Shown: piece by piece, positions 57,920 to 64,000 of the stretch
Position numbering within the stretch: the stretch's first letter is position 1
Layout of the letters: each line of letters opens with the position of its first letter
Virus record (IMG/VR): IMGVR_UViG_3300032030_000005
Coordinates: 64,001 to 128,000 of that record
DNA: 64,000 nt
Reading direction: 5' to 3' (one strand)
Source of the DNA: a virus
Taxonomy: Duplodnaviria; Caudoviricetes
Translations under genes and position numbers: made by a program
Notes under the pieces: generated by a model
Seen by the model: only the letters and a program-made list of their open reading frames with translations
Told to the model about the DNA's origin: nothing
Databases searched by the model: none

Positions 57920-58450
57920 ATGTCAAAAAAAGAATTTTATTTGGTTGGGAGGAGAGTGTCTTTACTTATGTCTTTGTCATTACATTTACCACTTCCTCTA
58001 CTTTCGGCTACTACCAATCTAAGTGCATCTGAAATTATTATAAAAATTACGGAATTTATATTATCAGCTGGATTTTTTACATTTTTAGGTGTTATAGTTA
58101 GTAGTAAAAAAGAAAAAGAAATTAATACTCAATTGATAAAAAGCGAAATAGAGAAGAATTATACAAACCACTCTAAAGAATTGATGGATAGCTATCATAA
58201 TTTTACAGAATCTACAATAAAAAGATTAGAAGAAAAAGAAAGTGAAATCGAACATAAAAACGAGTTAATTGAAGAATTGCGTAATAAGGCTGAGAATTTA
58301 ACAGTTGAATTGTCTAAACTTATGTCTCAGAATGAGGTTTTAATACAACAAAATGCAGAACTTAGTTCTATTAATAATCAGTTACGAGAACAGAATAAGG
58401 AATTATTAAATAGATTAAACGAACTTACGAATAATAATGAATTAGATTAA
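57920..58450 (+). CDS. Single-TM coiled-coil protein
   Basis: TM segment FILSAGFFTFLGVIV followed by a long heptad coil. The real start is probably GTG 57956 or ATG 57968, after GGAGGAG. Confidence 0.65.
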   Translation: MSKKEFYLVGRRVSLLMSLSLHLPLPLLSATTNLSASEIIIKITEFILSAGFFTFLGVIVSSKKEKEINTQLIKSEIEKNYTNHSKELMDSYHNFTESTIKRLEEKESEIEHKNELIEELRNKAENLTVELSKLMSQNEVLIQQNAELSSINNQLREQNKELLNRLNELTNNNELD

Positions 58451-58518
58451 ACATATTATGATGGAAAAACATTTTTTAATGTTTTTCCATCTATTTATTA
58501 AATTGTGAGGTGAATACC

Positions 58519-61500
58519 GTGTCAATTCAATTTGAAAATATTCAAATATTATCATCACCATTAGTATTTGATGATGTATCATCATTTGTTATCAATTGTG
58601 ATAGCTTAGATAATTTTAAACCAGGAGATGTAACATCATTACAATATTATTCAAGTGATAATATTTATATCTATAAATATATAGATAATAGTTACTATAT
58701 ATTATTAAATCGTGAAAAAGATAATTATTTCTATAAAAACTTACAAGAATATATTACTATGGGTCAAGCAACTAATATTAGAGGTATACCTATTAAAAGT
58801 TTTTCATTATCTAATAAAAATATTAGAGTATTTTATACAGATGATAATTTTATAGATGATACTGAAGAACATACCAATCTTTCATCACTTAAAACTAATA
58901 TTGTTGGAGATCCATCAACAGAAATATTTGATAAATCAATTATTTTTGATTATGTACCTCTTAATGACAGTATTTTAGATGATAATTTAATATATAATAA
59001 CAAATCAAATGATAATTATATTTTTTTATATGCACCATTAAATGTTAATTATAAAAATCAATTTGATGTAGATGATTATATATATGAATTAAGAATTAAT
59101 ACAATACCAACTGCATTTTTTGAAGTAACTAAGACAAGTATATTAGTAAGTTATACAAATATTCTTACAGTATTACAAGTTAAAATTAATAAAGCTGAAT
59201 TTTGTAGAGTTAATGATATTTCAGATTTAAATAATTTTGTATTAACTATTAAGAATAAGACTATTACGGATATCAAAACATTATCATACTCATATTATTC
59301 ATATTTTATGAAACCATATATATCTTATGATCCTATGACAGAGACTGTTGATGATATCACTATTAATTGTAGATATGACCTTTCTATTAAGACTATTGAT
59401 CGAACAAAGGATATTACATATAATATGAATGATCCTACATTATATAGTCATAGTACGGCCCATGCAGTTAATAAGACTGCCCTTATTGATAATGACATAA
59501 CTATTACAGTAAACGATAGAGATATATGTCTAAGAGCTTTAACTTCAACATATATAGACATTAATTTAATAAATCAGTCAGGTGAATATGTATACTTACT
59601 TAGTAATAATGAAGTTAATAAAACTAATGAGTATTATAAAATGTCTGCTAAAGAAAATAATAAATCTGTATATATTTTAGACATTGATAATCCTAATTTA
59701 AGAATCAATGTAGAAAGTATAAAAGATGTTGATGAAAAAACTACATTTACATTTTCAATTAGTTTTTTAAAAGTAGAAAGTGATAAATTACCAGCTATAA
59801 ATAATAATACATTAAATAGAAATGATATAGTATCTGTTATTACAGTAAACTTTAATTTAATTATCAATGGTGCTGATAAATATGCTTTCAGTAAAGATGA
59901 ATTAGATATACTTCAAAATATATCTTCATTTAATACAAATACATTAAATACAACATTTGGCAATAGTACATTATTTACTATAGCAGCTAATGATAATATT
60001 GTATTAAATGACTCTGAATTAAACTCAGAGGAATTAAAAACTTATATTGAAAATGGTAATAAAGATTTAACATATATCAATAGTTATTTTGAATCTTTTG
60101 ATATTATATGTTATGGTGTATATATCGACCATATGATATTAAAAGATAATAATATTGGTGGTATATTCTTTAATAGGTTAAATAGTATATTAGATAATGA
60201 TGGTGTATTAGAAGATAGAATTAAAGTATGTAATGTGATTGAAAGAAATAATGTTGGTGATTTATGTAATGATGGTTTTAATGAAAAAGCATTAACATAT
60301 CGTATTGATGATGACGAAAAACGTATAGTCATTGTACCGGATGAAATGTTTAAATTATTTAATTTCTTAAATAGTACATCATATTCAGGAAGTTATTACA
60401 TAAATGATGTTACAGATGATATTATTAATGATGATAATACAACAACTGGTAAGATATATAATAGCTCATTAGCATTATATCCTTCTGCAGATTTTTCATT
60501 TGTAGCTGAAGATCAAGGACTCGATACATTTTTAACTTCAGATGCATATATAGACTATTATCCTATTAAATATAGAATAACTAAAAAGAATAATAGCGAA
60601 TTCGTATGGTCTCTTTATATTGGAGAAACATTAAGAGATCTTCAAGTTGAGAAAATTATTCATATAACTGTTAAAGAAGATGAAAATGCTAATACACAGG
60701 AAACTTCTGAAACATCTGATACTACAAATTATATTTATGATACTGATAGTGAAGTAACATTCCCTACTAATGTAATTATTAAAATATTAATGCAAACAGA
60801 TAATGGAGAAGCTATCAGTGTTGATGCAGCTAAATATATTGGTACAATTCATAATGATTCAAATTATCCAGTATTAATTAAAGATATCAGTATTGTTAAT
60901 TTTGCATCAGATGATAAATTATTTAAAGTAAACGGTACTACTTTAGCAGATGATAGCTTCATGAAATATTCTATTGAAGGAGAAACAGATTTTATTCAAT
61001 GTGATTCTCTTAATATTGGTAAATATTTAGATCATAGTGATATAACTACTTTAACTGGTAATATGTTTATATTAAAGCCTAATGGTAAAATTAATGTAAA
61101 TATTTATAATTCAACAGATCCAGAAAATTTACCAGATAATTTTGGTAAAGAAGATTCTATTATTGATTACTCATCGAGTTTAAATTATGAGTTATATTAT
61201 ATTTTAAAAAATGATGATGTTGACAATATTAATGTTCCATATACATTTAGAGAGACCGGAAATACAAATGCTACTAATATGGAAACAACATTAGCTGTAT
61301 TCCCTAAGATACCTAAAAATAATACTGATGATGCATTTTATAGATATGATAATACTGTATTAAATGTATTAAATAAAATAATCATTAAACGTTCTGCAAT
61401 ATTTAGATTAATTTTAAATAAAATGGATATAGCTACATTTTCAGAAGCAGTAAACTATAAAGCTTTTGCAGATAAAGCAATTGATTTACTTGAAAGTGAT

Positions 61501-64000
61501 AATGTAAATAAACATCCATTAGATTTAGATATGTATTGTGGTTATCCGAATATTTCATTCATGGAAATGGAAAATATCAATTACTTAGAAAGTGGTAAAA
61601 ACTTCTTATATACTAAGATATTTGATGAAATAAAGAGAACATATACTAAAAATTTATCAGGTAATGATAAAATTACTAAAGAACAACAGATAAACCAAGC
61701 TATAGGTATTCAAGTTATCGCCAAAACTAAATATAATGGTTCAGATGAATACAATATGGCAATTATTACTAATTATGTAGATTTACAAAATAATCAAAAT
61801 AATTATATGCCTAAATTAAATAGATTAAATGGCAGTTTATATCATATCTTAAAGATAGAAAATAAGCATGAAGATTTATATGATTATAGAATTGAAGTTG
61901 ATGGTAAAGTATATAATGAAGGCGATTTAATATATAATAAATATGCTAATGAAAAAGCTTTACATAAATTCAGATTATATTATAAACCTAAGTATGAAGT
62001 TATTGATAATATGGATAACTTTTATGGAATAGGAACAGCGGTAAATGTTTCATTTACTGATGAATTAGGACATTTACAAAAAGATGTACAATGTTATAGA
62101 GGTAATTTCTTCTTATATTTCAATCAAAATGGTGAAGAAGTAGCATATACAACATCAAATCCAATGTTCAATGGTAGGGATTTTTATGCTAAATCAACTG
62201 CTATATTAACAGATGATAATGCTTTTGATATCGATAAGAAAACATTCGTTGAAATTAATATACAAGAAACAGGCTCTTTAGGTTCTAATCCTGATTATAC
62301 AATGACTAATGTTGGATTTTCAGATGGATTATGCTTAAAAGAATATATTGATTATTTAGTTACACATCCTGGAGTTCAACCAAGTGAAACAGCATTAAAA
62401 TTAGCAGATTTTAACGAAGATGGTAAAATAACATATGAAGATTTAAATATTTTATATTCTGTAATGTGGGAATATGGTTGTTTAATAGGCGATGTTGACA
62501 ATCCTAATCTTGGAGTTATTAATTTAAGTTCATATGGAGTACATGATGTATATATACTGCAAAGATATATAGATGAAGTTTGTAATAATCAAAAAACTTT
62601 TGAAAAATTTATATCTGATTACAACTGTTCTCAATATAGAAAGAATTATAAAGTTTATAAAACACCTACTATGCCAAATCCAACATTACCAAATATGTAT
62701 GACGTGACAAGTCTATATGCAGCTATTCGATATATATTCATGGAAAGAATGATTAAATACAACAATAGTGTTGAAAATATGTCTGCTCATATAGATGGTG
62801 ATAGTGCTTTTTATCCAGTATTCGGTAGAAATACATTAGCTGGTAAGATAGTATTAGAAACACCATTAAATCTTAAGAATATTAATTTAATACAAAATAA
62901 AGACAATTGGATATTAGCTGATAGATTTGAAGGTTGTATTGATGGTACAAAGCCAATAGTTCCTAATTTATTAATTGATAGTGATAATAATAAAGGTCTC
63001 TTACATAAATATTCAACTTTAACAAGAGATCAATTAAAATCAATACTTAATTCTAAGAATATATTGTCAGAAATCTCATATTATGGCAATACGAATATTA
63101 TTGAATATATCTCTGATGATTTAAAATATGAAGTTAAAGGTAATTCTGGAATATCTACATTAAAAGTTCCTCGAATAGAAGAAAATAATAATAAAAACGA
63201 ATATATTGTAACTGCTTCTTCTACAGTAGAAGGTATATTCCAGATAGTTAATAATACTACTGAAAAATTAAATATTGAAATCAATCAGCGTAGACGTAAT
63301 AATACTGATTTAAACGAACCATATACTATAAGAGTTAATGAAACTCAGGTTGACAAATTAATAGTTGATAATTATCAGCCTATATATGTATTACAACCAG
63401 AATCTACATTAGAAGTATATGTACAGTTTAAAGATAATTCCATTATTGGTTCAGACTATTTTACTTTCTTAGATGTTAGAGTTCAGAATAATTATCACAA
63501 GAAATATATAGATAATAATATTAAATGGGACAGCTATTTAATTAAATTAAGAAATATTCAAAATTATGATATTAACTTTAATATTGTTAAAGATTTATTA
63601 CCATATAAATTCTACGAAGAATATGATAATGAAGAAAATAAACATCATATTTCTGAATATTATAACTTAGATACTACTAACTTCTTTAATACAGTAGATA
63701 TTAATAACTTTAATAAGAAATCTTTATATTCAACGTATATGTATTTAGATAAGTTCCTTATTTTTAATTCAGACACTGTTAAAGATAATAATGATTATCA
63801 GTTATTAATACCTGAAAAGATATTAGATAGGAAATTATATATTGGAGATCATACATTAACAATAGTAACTACTAAATTTAATGGTTTAATAAATTATCAG
63901 ACATATTATATTACATTAATAGATCAAAATGTATATGATAAAAATAATAAGATAAATTATTTTAATGATCGTTCGGAATATTATAATAGATACTTTATTA
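58519..64000 (+). CDS. Partial giant protein (>1820 aa), probably tail fibre/baseplate, with dockerin-like repeats
   Basis: Absent from the ORF track, consistent with having no stop. GAGGTG RBS and GTG at 58519; every stretch of frame +1 that I translated was open, including the last line. N/D/I/Y-rich. Contains LADFNEDGKITYEDL at 62401. Confidence 0.8.
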   Translation, partial: MSIQFENIQILSSPLVFDDVSSFVINCDSLDNFKPGDVTSLQYYSSDNIYIYKYIDNSYYILLNREKDNYFYKNLQEYITMGQATNIRGIPIKSFSLSNKNIRVFYTDDNFIDDTEEHTNLSSLKTNIVGDPSTEIFDKSIIFDYVPLNDSILDDNLIYNNKSNDNYIFLYAPLNVNYKNQFDVDDYIYELRINTIPTAFFEVTKTSILVSYTNILTVLQVKINKAEFCRVNDISDLNNFVLTIKNKTITDIKTLSYSYYSYFMKPYISYDPMTETVDDITINCRYDLSIKTIDRTKDITYNMNDPTLYSHSTAHAVNKTALIDNDITITVNDRDICLRALTSTYIDINLINQSGEYVYLLSNNEVNKTNEYYKMSAKENNKSVYILDIDNPNLRINVESIKDVDEKTTFTFSISFLKVESDKLPAINNNTLNRNDIVSVITVNFNLIINGADKYAFSKDELDILQNISSFNTNTLNTTFGNSTLFTIAANDNIVLNDSELNSEELKTYIENGNKDLTYINSYFESFDIICYGVYIDHMILKDNNIGGIFFNRLNSILDNDGVLEDRIKVCNVIERNNVGDLCNDGFNEKALTYRIDDDEKRIVIVPDEMFKLFNFLNSTSYSGSYYINDVTDDIINDDNTTTGKIYNSSLALYPSADFSFVAEDQGLDTFLTSDAYIDYYPIKYRITKKNNSEFVWSLYIGETLRDLQVEKIIHITVKEDENANTQETSETSDTTNYIYDTDSEVTFPTNVIIKILMQTDNGEAISVDAAKYIGTIHNDSNYPVLIKDISIVNFASDDKLFKVNGTTLADDSFMKYSIEGETDFIQCDSLNIGKYLDHSDITTLTGNMFILKPNGKINVNIYNSTDPENLPDNFGKEDSIIDYSSSLNYELYYILKNDDVDNINVPYTFRETGNTNATNMETTLAVFPKIPKNNTDDAFYRYDNTVLNVLNKIIIKRSAIFRLILNKMDIATFSEAVNYKAFADKAIDLLESDNVNKHPLDLDMYCGYPNISFMEMENINYLESGKNFLYTKIFDEIKRTYTKNLSGNDKITKEQQINQAIGIQVIAKTKYNGSDEYNMAIITNYVDLQNNQNNYMPKLNRLNGSLYHILKIENKHEDLYDYRIEVDGKVYNEGDLIYNKYANEKALHKFRLYYKPKYEVIDNMDNFYGIGTAVNVSFTDELGHLQKDVQCYRGNFFLYFNQNGEEVAYTTSNPMFNGRDFYAKSTAILTDDNAFDIDKKTFVEINIQETGSLGSNPDYTMTNVGFSDGLCLKEYIDYLVTHPGVQPSETALKLADFNEDGKITYEDLNILYSVMWEYGCLIGDVDNPNLGVINLSSYGVHDVYILQRYIDEVCNNQKTFEKFISDYNCSQYRKNYKVYKTPTMPNPTLPNMYDVTSLYAAIRYIFMERMIKYNNSVENMSAHIDGDSAFYPVFGRNTLAGKIVLETPLNLKNINLIQNKDNWILADRFEGCIDGTKPIVPNLLIDSDNNKGLLHKYSTLTRDQLKSILNSKNILSEISYYGNTNIIEYISDDLKYEVKGNSGISTLKVPRIEENNNKNEYIVTASSTVEGIFQIVNNTTEKLNIEINQRRRNNTDLNEPYTIRVNETQVDKLIVDNYQPIYVLQPESTLEVYVQFKDNSIIGSDYFTFLDVRVQNNYHKKYIDNNIKWDSYLIKLRNIQNYDINFNIVKDLLPYKFYEEYDNEENKHHISEYYNLDTTNFFNTVDINNFNKKSLYSTYMYLDKFLIFNSDTVKDNNDYQLLIPEKILDRKLYIGDHTLTIVTTKFNGLINYQTYYITLIDQNVYDKNNKINYFNDRSEYYNRYFI

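Noticed and set aside
2517-63284. Short antisense or overlapping track ORFs (e.g. 2517, 3339, 5197, 11442, 11485, 12286, 14074, 14389, 16086, 20780, 26275, 28264, 28696, 30202, 34854, 35280, 36506, 38670, 39106, 44353, 51417, 59634, 60111, 63081)
   Set aside because: They are shadows of longer well-supported genes, with Ser/Leu/Phe-rich antisense composition and no RBS or promoter.
1-64000. CRISPR array, tRNA genes, or a diversity-generating retroelement
   Set aside because: I saw no regularly spaced repeats with unique spacers, no cloverleaf, no reverse transcriptase and no adenine-specific TR/VR pair. The repeats present are coding repeats or terminators.
1-64000. Stop-codon reassignment
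   Set aside because: Conserved genes are intact under the standard code, and TAA, TGA and TAG all occur at plausible gene ends.

Overview
This window is very AT-rich DNA from a jumbo myophage of the phiKZ/AR9 (PBS1) type, probably infecting a Firmicute (Clostridia). It encodes both halves of a split RNA polymerase beta-like subunit, gyrB and gyrA, a Dda/RecD-like helicase, a RusA resolvase, a small PolB-like protein, baseplate, neck and spike proteins, and two tandem paralogous tape-measure/lysin giants. A further ORF of more than 1800 aa runs off the right end. Two group I introns can be mapped to the base: one in gyrA (18653-19802, LAGLIDADG ORF in the P1 loop) and one in the RNAP beta C-terminal gene (47588-48970, Vsr/EDxHD-like ORF overlapping the ribozyme core). 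Two promoter classes separate the genes: TATATATTAT-N4-RTG (early) and AAC[A/T]-N6-TA (late, AR9-like). The most unusual signals are: (i) a C39-like protease whose Cys half and His/Asp half lie in different paralogous tail giants, each half bounded by [Y/F]-G-[R/K/L/A/G] linkers; (ii) a shared C-terminal strand-helix tag on six otherwise unrelated proteins; (iii) an EGYYDALNE tag shared by putative head-cargo proteins; (iv) dockerin-like repeats in the terminal giant ORF; (v) an RNAP subunit fused behind a chain of degenerate enzyme modules. All family assignments come from motifs recognised by eye; no searches were run.
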